DNA from: an uncultured Candidatus Saccharibacteria bacterium
Lineage (GTDB): Bacteria > Patescibacteriota > Minisyncoccia > Phycocordibacterales > UBA2100
Assembly (NCBI GenBank): GCA_964434285.1
Contig: CAYSUJ010000002.1
Location: 57,913-121,912 of the forward strand
Direction of reading: 5' to 3'
Length of the DNA stretch: 64,000 nucleotides
Within the stretch, counting starts at the first letter, position 1; every line of letters starts with the position of its first letter. The position numbers and the translations under genes were made by a program. The notes beneath the pieces were generated by a model. It worked only from the letters and a program-made list of their open reading frames with translations, searched no databases and was not told the DNA's origin. This document shows positions 1 to 8,977 of this stretch, in pieces.

Positions 1-6
1 GTGAAT

Positions 7-282
7 ATGAAAAATCCCGGATGGATTTTAGGCCTTCTCCTAATCGCTGGTCTTTCTTTCTGGATTGCGTTGCCTCGCGAAGAAATGGGAGAGGTTCAAC
101 TAGACACGAGTTGCCTTACCGAAGTTTCTACCGAACGCCGCTCTACCAATACGTTCTTCAAGACTTTTACCTGCTACGACCACGTTGGAACGAGGCAATG
201 CTACTACTTCAAGACCGAAAACGGTGTCTGCGTAAAGCTTTATAGGTACTGGTTCAACCTTGATGGCAGTCCGACCAAGTAG
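7..282 (+). CDS. small hypothetical protein with N-terminal hydrophobic signal/anchor (MKNPGWILGLLLIAGLSFWIAL)
   Basis: ORF track 1..282 begins with GTG at position 1, so it may be truncated by the window edge. The internal ATG at 7 gives a signal-peptide-like N-terminus. I recognise no family. Confidence 0.25.
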   Translation: MKNPGWILGLLLIAGLSFWIALPREEMGEVQLDTSCLTEVSTERRSTNTFFKTFTCYDHVGTRQCYYFKTENGVCVKLYRYWFNLDGSPTK

Positions 283-405
283 CTCACATTCCTCGGACGA
301 CCAGATACCAAACTACCCCTTCAGTGGGGCGAGGTTGGATTGCGAAACCCATAAAACGGCTAAAAACCTAGATTTTTCATTTTTATATTTCCAACTTTGT
401 ATATA

Positions 406-1578
406 ATGTTCTACATGGATACTAGGCCGACAGTGATAGATATATTCAGTGGTTGTGGTGGAATGTCATGGGGATTGCATAAGTCAGGATTCAAAGTTAT
501 TGCTGGCATTGATAACTGGGAGATTGCTCTTGAGACTTTTGCAGCAAATCACCCTGACGCAAGGGTGTACCACGAGGACATTAGAAAATTGTCGCCAGAG
601 CAGATAATGAATGACCTCGGAATTGAGCAGGGAGAGCTTGATTGTCTGGTTGGTGGACCTCCGTGCCAAGGATTTTCAAAGAACGTTCCCGCCTCATACA
701 GATATTTGGAAGACCCTCGAAATCAACTTTTCCGAGACTATCTCACTTATGTAGAAGCCCTACTACCTAAGACTTTGGTGATGGAAAACGTGGCAGAGAT
801 ATATAACGCATTCGATGGGAGCGTTAGAGATGAGATTGTCGCCAAACTAGAAAGTATGGGTTATGAAGTTGAGGTAAGAGTTGTACATGTTCCCGATTAC
901 GGAGTTCCTCAAAGGAGACGCCGATGTCTTTTCTTCGCTTCCAGAACTGGGGTTAGACCCTTTTTCCCATCAGCAACTCATGCGAAAGCAGAGACACTTC
1001 TGCAGAAGAAGTTTGTCTCTGCGTGGGATGCAATATCTGACCTCCCATCAATTGAACACGGAGCTGGTACGGATGAAATGAAATATGCCTGCAATCCGAA
1101 GAACGAATATCAAGCAACGATGAGAGCAAACTCTAAAAAAGTGCTCAACCACAAGAGCCGAGCATTGAAAGATAAGCAGTACAAACGGATGGCCTCTCTA
1201 AAAGCGGGTCAAGCTCATAAGGATTTACCGCCTGAGCTTAGACCCAAAGCTGGCTATAGCGGAGCATACGGCAGACTCGACTTTGAAATGCTCGCCCCCA
1301 CCATTACACGTTGGGTTTTCCACCCAGGCTCAGGACGCTTTGGGCATCCAAAAGATATCCGCACCATTACCATGAGAGAGGCCGCACGGCTCCACTCTTT
1401 CACGGACGACTTTAGATTCTTGGGTAGCTACACAGAACAGGCGGGACAAATCGGAAACGCAGTACCCCCTCTTCTTATGACGACGCTGGCACCAGTTATT
1501 CTGACATGTCTAGCTTCGCCGAAATATAATCTATCGTTTCAGACAGCGGGAGACGCTTTGGAGAAAGCTCGAAAATAA
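406..1578 (+). CDS. DNA (cytosine-5)-methyltransferase
   Basis: Classic C5-MTase motifs are visible: IDIFSGCGG (motif I), GGPPCQGFS (PC catalytic motif IV), ENV (motif VI), QRRRR and GNAVPP (motif X). The ORF track starts at TTG 397; ATG 406 or ATG 415 is the likelier start. A TATAAT hexamer sits at 401-406. Confidence 0.9.
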   Translation: MFYMDTRPTVIDIFSGCGGMSWGLHKSGFKVIAGIDNWEIALETFAANHPDARVYHEDIRKLSPEQIMNDLGIEQGELDCLVGGPPCQGFSKNVPASYRYLEDPRNQLFRDYLTYVEALLPKTLVMENVAEIYNAFDGSVRDEIVAKLESMGYEVEVRVVHVPDYGVPQRRRRCLFFASRTGVRPFFPSATHAKAETLLQKKFVSAWDAISDLPSIEHGAGTDEMKYACNPKNEYQATMRANSKKVLNHKSRALKDKQYKRMASLKAGQAHKDLPPELRPKAGYSGAYGRLDFEMLAPTITRWVFHPGSGRFGHPKDIRTITMREAARLHSFTDDFRFLGSYTEQAGQIGNAVPPLLMTTLAPVILTCLASPKYNLSFQTAGDALEKARK

Positions 1579-2254
1579 ATGCCTTGTCGGTTAGTCGAAA
1601 TCTCTCGAACAGTTGCTTTTGGTTTGGATACCAACGGAAGGCGACGAATCTATCGGCCTTCCTAATCCCCTGAAGACCTGTTTTGGTTTTGTCTGTCCAG
1701 TGCCATTCCAGTTCTTCTGGCTTGTAGTAAGCAACGTCCTCTTCGACGTACGCATACTTATTGCGGTCTGGAGACTTTATCAAAATGCAGACCCGCTTAT
1801 CATCAACACCCTGTATCTGTGCATCTTTTTCCACTTTCTCTTGATACCAGTGCTTCAAAAGCGCCTTGCCCAAGTCAGCGGGCTTACTGTCTTTTGTCAG
1901 CGTCTTGAACCCAAGAGCTTCGGCCTTCTTAAAAATGTCAGCACGCTGAATGACTAACTCGAACTCGAATGGGGTGTTTGATATCGGCCATTGGACTGCT
2001 TTACCCGACCATCCGATTCTATTCTTGGTATCTATGACATCGAACAACCGCTTGCTTCGGATGGAGGTGAGTGGGTCAATGAGCTCCACCCGCTTTGTAT
2101 AGGCAAAGACTGCTTCCCAGATATAGTCCTCCAAGTCGTCGATGAATGGCAAAGCCATCACTGCGGCGATGGCCTTCTTGAGACGGGCTTGCTCCTCCTT
2201 GTTTAGTGAATAGTGCACATCGGGAAGGATATATGAAATGAGATACTTTTTCAA
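1496..2254 (-). CDS. putative restriction endonuclease partner of the C5-MTase (unrecognised family)
   Basis: A 252-aa ORF convergent with the MTase, overlapping its 3' end by 83 nt. Its lower GC matches the MTase. I cannot confirm a clean PD-(D/E)xK motif, so the call rests on context only. Confidence 0.3.
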   Translation of the reverse strand: MKKYLISYILPDVHYSLNKEEQARLKKAIAAVMALPFIDDLEDYIWEAVFAYTKRVELIDPLTSIRSKRLFDVIDTKNRIGWSGKAVQWPISNTPFEFELVIQRADIFKKAEALGFKTLTKDSKPADLGKALLKHWYQEKVEKDAQIQGVDDKRVCILIKSPDRNKYAYVEEDVAYYKPEELEWHWTDKTKTGLQGIRKADRFVAFRWYPNQKQLFERFRLTDKAFIFELSPKRLPLSETIDYISAKLDMSE

Positions 2255-2496
2255 AGACTGGTTTACTTACGAGAGTGAAAGTAATAATATGCCTCTACAC
2301 AACCAATATTGAGCCGCAAGGCTAGTGCCTAAACCATTTGCTTCGGCGGGTGGCATGGCATGAAATCGTTGAGGATAGAAAACCCGTCATTCAGGGCGTC
2401 CTCAACGTTGCGGAGGGAAACTTCCGTAGGGGCCTAAAAACCCTCCTGGTGGCGGGCTTTGTGTTTGCCACCGGATTACAAACGTAATTCGGATAC

Positions 2497-3084
2497 ATGA
2501 AAAGATTACTGAAATTGGCGGCAATTACAGCAGGTAGTTTTACAGGCATTTGTTTATTCATTCTCGGCTGGATATTACTCGGCGCAACGGTTGGTTTTCT
2601 CTGGTCGCTCGCCATCGTAAGCGCCTTGCTTCTTGTTGCCGCATTCGCGCTAAATCAGTTTGCTCAAACAGGGAAAGCAAAGAATGCCGGAAGGAAGATT
2701 GCCACCGCAGTCTTTAGCGTCCTGGCAATCGTCGGAATCACATACTCGGGAGCTTGGTTGATTGGCGGCGCTGAAAATAACGGCAACGATGACACTCAGG
2801 TTGAGGAGAAGGTCATGGTTGAATTCGACAGCATTAGAGCGTGGCAGTCCGTCCAGAACGATGTGAAAAACCAGTTGAAAGCTCCGTCAACCGCAAAACT
2901 ATCGAGCTACGGAAACTCTACGGTCAAGAAGCATGCAACGGAGCCAAACACGTACGTCATCCGGGGATATGTCGACGCTCAAAACAGCTTCGGAGCGATG
3001 CTTCGTCAAGAATATGTTGCAACCGTCGTGTTCTTCCCCAATGGAGGCACGTATCTCCCCATAGACATCCAGTTCATCCAATAA
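2497..3084 (+). CDS. hypothetical membrane protein (2-3 predicted TM helices at the N-terminus)
   Basis: Long hydrophobic segments are present (LAAITAGSFTGICLFILGWILLGATVGFLWSLAIVSALLLVAAFAL). There is an RBS-like ggatac upstream of the ATG. Confidence 0.4.
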   Translation: MKRLLKLAAITAGSFTGICLFILGWILLGATVGFLWSLAIVSALLLVAAFALNQFAQTGKAKNAGRKIATAVFSVLAIVGITYSGAWLIGGAENNGNDDTQVEEKVMVEFDSIRAWQSVQNDVKNQLKAPSTAKLSSYGNSTVKKHATEPNTYVIRGYVDAQNSFGAMLRQEYVATVVFFPNGGTYLPIDIQFIQ

Positions 3085-3445
3085 CCTACGGCTGGGGACA
3101 GAGATGTCCTCAGGGAGTTCTGAGATTGGTTGAGGGAAACGAAAAGCTAAAGGATATAGGTTTCCATTATCCTCCGACAATCCGCACCCTGCGGACAATA
3201 TCACCACACAAACTTTCATTGAATAAAAGGCCCTTCATGGTGTATGCTCTCCATACAACTAAATAACCTTCCGGAGGTACCGTAGAGGATCGTTTTTGAA
3301 CCTCGCTTTTTGTCCTCCGAAAGAAGCATTGCTTCCGTACGCGGAGACTTCTTTCGGATTGCAGAAGCGAGTTTTCGTTTTGGCAGTCGGAGCAATCTTC
3401 TCCTTACACATACTAGGGACGGCAATCCGTCCGACCAATGAAGCC

Positions 3446-3895
3446 ATGGATACTTCCACGGTACAAAAGAAGGCGAATACCCAGATATGGGAGCCTCTTT
3501 TTCAGCTTCTCCTCGGAGAGGAGTCCAGCGCCTCCGACAAGGAGCGCATTAGCCGCCTTTCTCAAGAGGCGGCGCAGATTAGCAGCTTTGTAAAGACCGT
3601 CCAGTCATACCCCCACGAATACGAATGGTGGTGGGACAAATTGAGTCCTAGCGAAAGAGTGGTCCTCGGTTTTCTTCTCAGCGAAATCGCTGGCTCGGGA
3701 GAAACGAGGCGTGCAATCACGGCTCACGAGCTGGAATCTGCAACCGACCTAGGACAGCCTGAGATTCGTGAGGCAACCAGACGACTCACGTCCTTGAGAC
3801 TTATAAGGGTGCTACGAGCAACCCCAGGGACGGATGTATACGTCCTGTCGCTTTACGACGAGGACGATGGTGCCTTAACCCCTAGCAAACTATGA
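3446..3895 (+). CDS. hypothetical winged-helix DNA-binding protein (WW-motif paralog 1)
   Basis: Has a YEWWWDKLSPSERVVLGFLL motif followed by a C-terminal wHTH-like segment. ORF track 3296..3895; ATG 3446 (MDTSTVQ) is the more plausible start. Its stop overlaps the next gene start (ATGA at 3892). Confidence 0.35.
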   Translation: MDTSTVQKKANTQIWEPLFQLLLGEESSASDKERISRLSQEAAQISSFVKTVQSYPHEYEWWWDKLSPSERVVLGFLLSEIAGSGETRRAITAHELESATDLGQPEIREATRRLTSLRLIRVLRATPGTDVYVLSLYDEDDGALTPSKL

Positions 3896-4626
3896 GGTTC
3901 AAAATAAAAAATGGTGAATTCACTGGATTCACCGGAGAAGACATGTCGGTCTTCTTCAAATATCCAAGAGTCTTGGAGTTCTGGTGGGGCGGTCTCAGCG
4001 GCAGTGAACACAAGGTCCTTGATTTCATTCTCCGCCAACTCATCGGGTTCCAGAAGGATGCTGATGCCATCTCTCTCGACCAGTTCACGAAAGGCATTGG
4101 GAAAAACAATCGAGGCACTGGACTTAGCGAATCGCAGGTGCGTCGAGCCGTAAAAAACCTGGAACTCAAAGGTTTCATCGAAGTCGAAAGACGTCGGTTT
4201 GGGCCGAGCATATTCAGAATCCGCTTTGCGGAAGGCGTTATCGTAGACGGGCAAGGTAATACCACAACGATTCCACAGAAAGACGTTCGTGATGTCATTG
4301 AACGCTTCCGAACAATCGATTCTGGGAATATCGAAAAAATCCTCAAAGACAAGCGTCAGTTCGCAGCCATGACACGCGTCATGACAAAATACGGACCCCT
4401 AGAGGCAGAGTGGCTCGTATGCGCCCTTCAGTTCACACGAGGAAAGGAAAACGCCCCGAGCATTGCTTCGCCGCTTGAACTCGAGAGCAAGCTACCGAAT
4501 CTAGTCGGATACATCAAAAAGCAGGCGGAGAAGTTTCCTCGCTCTGTGGTGAGCCTAGAACTCGGTGTGAACGTTGTCGGGAAAAAGCACCAAAACGCGA
4601 AACCAAGTCTCGAATTCCTAAATTAG
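3892..4626 (+). CDS. hypothetical winged-helix DNA-binding protein (WW-motif paralog 2), possible element replication/regulatory protein
   Basis: LEFWWGGLSGSEHKVLDFIL parallels the motif in the upstream gene. A wHTH-like stretch (LSESQVRRAVKNLELKGFIEVER) follows. It is translationally coupled to the upstream paralog. Confidence 0.4.
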   Translation: MRFKIKNGEFTGFTGEDMSVFFKYPRVLEFWWGGLSGSEHKVLDFILRQLIGFQKDADAISLDQFTKGIGKNNRGTGLSESQVRRAVKNLELKGFIEVERRRFGPSIFRIRFAEGVIVDGQGNTTTIPQKDVRDVIERFRTIDSGNIEKILKDKRQFAAMTRVMTKYGPLEAEWLVCALQFTRGKENAPSIASPLELESKLPNLVGYIKKQAEKFPRSVVSLELGVNVVGKKHQNAKPSLEFLN

Positions 4627-5087
4627 GTACCACCGGTCATCATGACACCGGGGTGTTCAAAAGTGATACGGAGGGGTATCAAAAAGAACACTCGACTGGT
4701 GTTCATAGTGAAACCCACAATAGAGAATAAATACCAAAAGAGGTATTTACAAGAATGGTTTTCTGGAGAGGAAGAGGTCTGGAAGAGTAAAGAGAATGAC
4801 TCTGCTCATCCCTCCAGAAGACCGCTTGTAAACATTCACTAATGTACAACAGTTGGAACTTGTTATACCTATATTCTAAGCCATATTTTGCAGTTCTCAC
4901 TGCATAATCGGCTTCCAGAAATATATGGATATCGAATCTCTCAAGGACTACTTCATCGCCGACCAGATACAGCGTATCGAATTACTCACACGAGACGAGC
5001 TAGTCCGTGAACTTATCTCAATCAAATCAGCGGAGCTGGAAGCCATGACCCCTCACGACCTTCTGAGGCTCTGCGAGACAAAAAAAT

Positions 5088-6866
5088 ATGGAAACTGACA
5101 CCATTACACCAATCACCGAGGAAACCACACAACCAGAACAAAAACAGAGGCGAGCCGCCTTATATCTGCGCGTCTCGACCGACGAGCAGGCAAAAGAAGG
5201 TTTTAGCTTAGAACTTCAGGAGGAAAAGGGGCGCGGCTACTGCAAGCTCCATGAACACGCTCTGGCAGAGAAACACATTTACAAGGACGACATCTCTGGC
5301 ACGTTTGAAGCTGAAAGGCGCCCAGGTCTAGGTATGCTTTTCGAGGCCGCGAGGAACGGAGAGTTTGACGTTGTTGTCATCTATAAGATTGACCGACTAG
5401 CCCGCAGTCTTCTGGTCCTCAAGAACACCATACACGAACTGGAGAAGCTCGGAATCGGTCTCAAGTCCGTCATGGAACAGTTCGATACGCAAACGCCGAT
5501 AGGACGAACGAACGTAAATATCCTCGGCACCTTCGCTGAATTCGAGAGAGACCAAATCCGGGACCGGACAATGGGAGGGAGAATGCGAGCAATGGAGATG
5601 GGACGATGGGTCGGCATTACTCCATACGGGTATACCAAGGACAAGGAGACACGTAAGCTCGTGGTGAACGAAAAGGAGGCGAGGGTCGTGAGAAAAATAT
5701 ACGGTTGGCTCGTGAACGAACAACTGTCCCTCAGAGAAGTTGAGAGACGCATGAATCGCTTGAAGATACCTGCTCCGTTCTCCTCAAAAATAACGAAGCG
5801 GGAAACGCAGAATTACTGGCACAAGCGGACGATAGGACGCATCTTAACCAACGAAGTATTCACAGGGCGTTTCTGCTATCGCAAGTACAAGCGTCCATTC
5901 AATAATCTGACGAGCATCACCGAATCGAGCAAACTACGACCTCAAAAAGAGTGGATATGCATAGAAACACCCCCGATTATCTCGCCGGAAATGTTCAAGG
6001 CGGCAAAACAGCAACTCCTAAGAAACCGCGAATTCGCAAAGCGGAAACTTAAGAACATGTATCTGTACTCAAAGATAGTCAGATGCGGACGATGTGGATT
6101 CAAGATGTTCGGCGGATTCCAGCCGCCTCGCGGGAAGTGGAACTACCCTGGAGGATACTACTATCACGGCATTTATCGTGAGAAAGACGCCGCAGGAAAA
6201 AGTAAACGCTGTGCGTGGTGTCCGAATTACTCCGAGGCAAGAATGGAGCCGATTTGGGAATGTCTAAGGGATATCTTGAAGAATCCGGCAAACATCATGA
6301 CCCCCCTCGAAAGATATGTACGCAAGGGAGAAGACCCTCATGTAATCACAGGACGTTTAGCTGAGATACACGAGACGTTGGAAAACCTTGGCCAGAAACG
6401 AATCAGAGCCAACGAACTCTACATTGCGAACAAAATAAAGAAAGAAGAGCTCAACAATTACTACCGAGACTACGACAAGGAGGAAAAGATACTGAACGAT
6501 GAGGCCCTGAAGCTCCGTCAGAGTCTTCTCGGGAAGGAAGAAATCGCAGACCAGAAGCGAGCGATAGAGGGGGCATATAAGCGGATACAGACGAAACTGG
6601 ACGAGACCACCCGCAGTGAGAAAGCGAAAATAATTCACATGTTCGTCGAGAGCATCACCCTCCATGCTACGGAGAACTACGCAGAGGTGGTATGCAAGTT
6701 TCCTAGCAACACGGAAACCAGAAATCCCCGTGCAGAGAGGCAAGGTCTAGGTGTGAACGGCACTGTTCCTCTCGTGCTGAGAGTAAACACAATCCCGGAA
6801 GAAGACAGACGAGCGTACATGCTCAAAACAAACCCTGGTATGTACGTCCCGAAGTCCCTGATTTAG
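5088..6866 (+). CDS. large serine recombinase (phage/ICE integrase type)
   Basis: N-terminal resolvase catalytic domain (ALYLRVSTDEQ, IYKIDRLARS), a recombinase domain, and a Cys cluster for a zinc ribbon (CGRCGF...CAWCP) with a coiled-coil C-terminus. 592 aa. Confidence 0.9.
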   Translation: METDTITPITEETTQPEQKQRRAALYLRVSTDEQAKEGFSLELQEEKGRGYCKLHEHALAEKHIYKDDISGTFEAERRPGLGMLFEAARNGEFDVVVIYKIDRLARSLLVLKNTIHELEKLGIGLKSVMEQFDTQTPIGRTNVNILGTFAEFERDQIRDRTMGGRMRAMEMGRWVGITPYGYTKDKETRKLVVNEKEARVVRKIYGWLVNEQLSLREVERRMNRLKIPAPFSSKITKRETQNYWHKRTIGRILTNEVFTGRFCYRKYKRPFNNLTSITESSKLRPQKEWICIETPPIISPEMFKAAKQQLLRNREFAKRKLKNMYLYSKIVRCGRCGFKMFGGFQPPRGKWNYPGGYYYHGIYREKDAAGKSKRCAWCPNYSEARMEPIWECLRDILKNPANIMTPLERYVRKGEDPHVITGRLAEIHETLENLGQKRIRANELYIANKIKKEELNNYYRDYDKEEKILNDEALKLRQSLLGKEEIADQKRAIEGAYKRIQTKLDETTRSEKAKIIHMFVESITLHATENYAEVVCKFPSNTETRNPRAERQGLGVNGTVPLVLRVNTIPEEDRRAYMLKTNPGMYVPKSLI

Positions 6867-6959
6867 CTCGGGAGAGGTAAGAATTATTGAAACAAGGCCA
6901 CAAACTCACGTTGTGAGGCTGTTTAGTGTTGTCCACCGCAAAGGCCCTTCGGGCAAATA

Positions 6960-7640
6960 GTGACAACAATGGTGTTCGAAAAGTATTACGACGTATTACA
7001 GGTGTATATTTTTTCCAAACCTACCTTCCTAGACGAGTTTCCTGAATTTCATCGTGATGTGATTCAGGCGCTTCGCGAACCGCTCGAGGATGGCGTGGTA
7101 TCTATTGCTCGCTCAAAAGCCTCCGCGGTATACCCGGCGAACTTTCTCCTTATTGCTGCACTGAATCCATGTCCCTGCGGCTTCTGGGGGAGTGGGAGGT
7201 GTGAATGCATGCCACATGCGATCGAGAAATACCGCCGGAAGATCTCGGGACCTATCGCGGATCGCATCGACATGTGGGTAACAGTCGGCGAGATGCCGCT
7301 CTCCATGCTCTCTACAAAGGCGAAACGCGCGTCGGGGGAAACAGTGGCAGCTCGCGAAGCAATCACGCGCGCTCGCGCCACGCAGGGTAAGCGCTTTATA
7401 GGGAGCGGCCGCGTGCACACAAACGCCGACATGAAAGCGCGCGATATAGAAGCCCATGCTCTGCTTGAAAACGACGCGGAGAAAGCCTTACAGGAAGCCG
7501 CCGAGCGTCTCAAACTCTCCGCCCGCGGCTACCACCGCACTATCAAGCTCGCCCGCACAATTGCCGATCTTGCCGAATCGGAGACTATACAAACATCACA
7601 CATGCTCGAAGCACTCCAATACCGCGCTCGCGAAATTTAA
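6960..7640 (+). pseudogene. comM: 3' fragment of comM/yifB (Mg-chelatase-like AAA+ competence protein), truncated at the element junction
   Basis: Homology begins at the Walker-B-like TFLDEFPEF and continues through the conserved ComM C-terminus (ALREPLEDG, NPCPCGFWG, ISGPIADRIDMW, LSARGYHRTIKLARTIADL). The ~280 N-terminal residues (Lon-like and Walker A) are missing. Confidence 0.75.
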
Positions 7641-7693
7641 ATAAAAAAGCGAAACAATAAAATAATCTGTACTAAAAACGGGGTGTTCATAGT

Positions 7694-8764
7694 TTAGAAC
7701 GGGTTTCGTGGACCACCACGGATCTCGAAGTGGAGGTGTGCGCCCGTTGAGCGACCACTGTTACCAACGCGAGCAATCGTCTCACCCTGACTCACATACT
7801 GGCCAACACTCACCAGTACGGCCGATGCATGAGCATAGAGTGTCTGTGTACCGTTAGGGTGACGGATGACGACATACGAACCATACCCTCCGTTCCATCC
7901 ACCTTGACGGGCCACAATCACGTCCCCAGATGCGGCTGCGACTATTGGCGTGCCGACGGGAGCGCCTATGTCGACACCGTTGTACCCGTGAATACCTTGG
8001 GTACGGACACCGCTCGTAGGGCGCATGTAATACCCAGCATATGAGGGAGATGGCGCGCCGAGCGGTGCGGCTTTGCGGATTGGCGCGGGGGCGATGATTT
8101 CACCATTTGGAATGATGATTTCAGAACCAACAGCAAGCTCTCCCTCCGCAAGACCGTTAAACTGGGCGATTTCCTCACTATCCCCCTGATACTTCTTTGC
8201 GATCGAGGCGAGCGTGTCTCCTGATTTGACCTTGTACTTAAGTCCGCTCACCGGAAGAATGGTTAATGTGTCACCCTTCTTGATAGAGGTTGCTCGCGGA
8301 AGGTCGTTTGCCCAGAGGATAGTATTCACCGAAACATCAAACATCTCGGCAACCTGGGAAAGAGTGTCCCCTTCACGCACAACATACAAGCTGATGGTCG
8401 CATTCTTAGGTTTCCCTATGTCAGCGATCGTGCCCGATGGCCCATCTTCGGCTATCACAGCACTTTCGTCGAGGATGGTCACCTCGCCACCACCTTTTGC
8501 AGGGATAGAGCTGGCGCTTGCCTCGGCAAGCGGCATAGACTGCACGGTAACCACGCGGTTCGATGACGACGCCTCTGCCTTTGAGCCAAAAAAAGATTGA
8601 AGCTCAAAGGAAAAGGCCCGAGCGGAAAGTGGGACAGCAGAGACCACTGATCCGATGAGGCAAAGGATTGAAATAACACCAAATACTCCGTTCCTGCGAA
8701 GTGTTCTTTTTTGTTTCATTTCCTGGGTTTTTTGAGATTTCCCAGAAAAGTCCTGATCGTGCAA
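7694..8764 (-). CDS. LysM-domain M23 family metallopeptidase (peptidoglycan hydrolase)
   Basis: Two LysM repeats (GDTLSQVAEMF...ILWANDL, GDTLASIAKKY) and a C-terminal M23 signature (GVDIGAPVGTPIVAAASG...YGSYVVIRH...HLHFEI). N-terminal TM anchor. Confidence 0.85.
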   Translation of the reverse strand: MHDQDFSGKSQKTQEMKQKRTLRRNGVFGVISILCLIGSVVSAVPLSARAFSFELQSFFGSKAEASSSNRVVTVQSMPLAEASASSIPAKGGGEVTILDESAVIAEDGPSGTIADIGKPKNATISLYVVREGDTLSQVAEMFDVSVNTILWANDLPRATSIKKGDTLTILPVSGLKYKVKSGDTLASIAKKYQGDSEEIAQFNGLAEGELAVGSEIIIPNGEIIAPAPIRKAAPLGAPSPSYAGYYMRPTSGVRTQGIHGYNGVDIGAPVGTPIVAAASGDVIVARQGGWNGGYGSYVVIRHPNGTQTLYAHASAVLVSVGQYVSQGETIARVGNSGRSTGAHLHFEIRGGPRNPF

Positions 8765-8977
8765 TGTTATAAGCCAACGTAAACGATTCGCCTGCTACAG
8801 GAGCCTAAGAGGGTGTTTCCCTAGATACCTCTAGAAATCCGAGCTTTTGAGCCGTTTTTGGGGTGGGAGCAGAGCGTCTTCAGAAAATATGGCTCTAAAC
8901 AAAGCTTTTATAGAGAGCCGAATCAAGCGGTATACCACCTCATGGGTAACGGTAGCTCGCGGAGGGGGTGCGAGTCA

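Larger units (their letters stand above)
1..7025. mobile_element. right-hand part of an integrated element inserted into comM (serine-recombinase-borne); left end outside the window
   Basis: The serine recombinase gene abuts the truncated comM 3' fragment. Cargo (Dcm MTase, putative REase, paralogous wHTH proteins) has lower GC than the flanking core. Confidence 0.55.

Noticed and set aside
1496-2254. Vsr (very short patch repair) endonuclease as the partner of the Dcm-type MTase
   Set aside because: 252 aa is too long and the Vsr motifs (FVHGCFWH-type) are absent. Kept as a generic putative REase.
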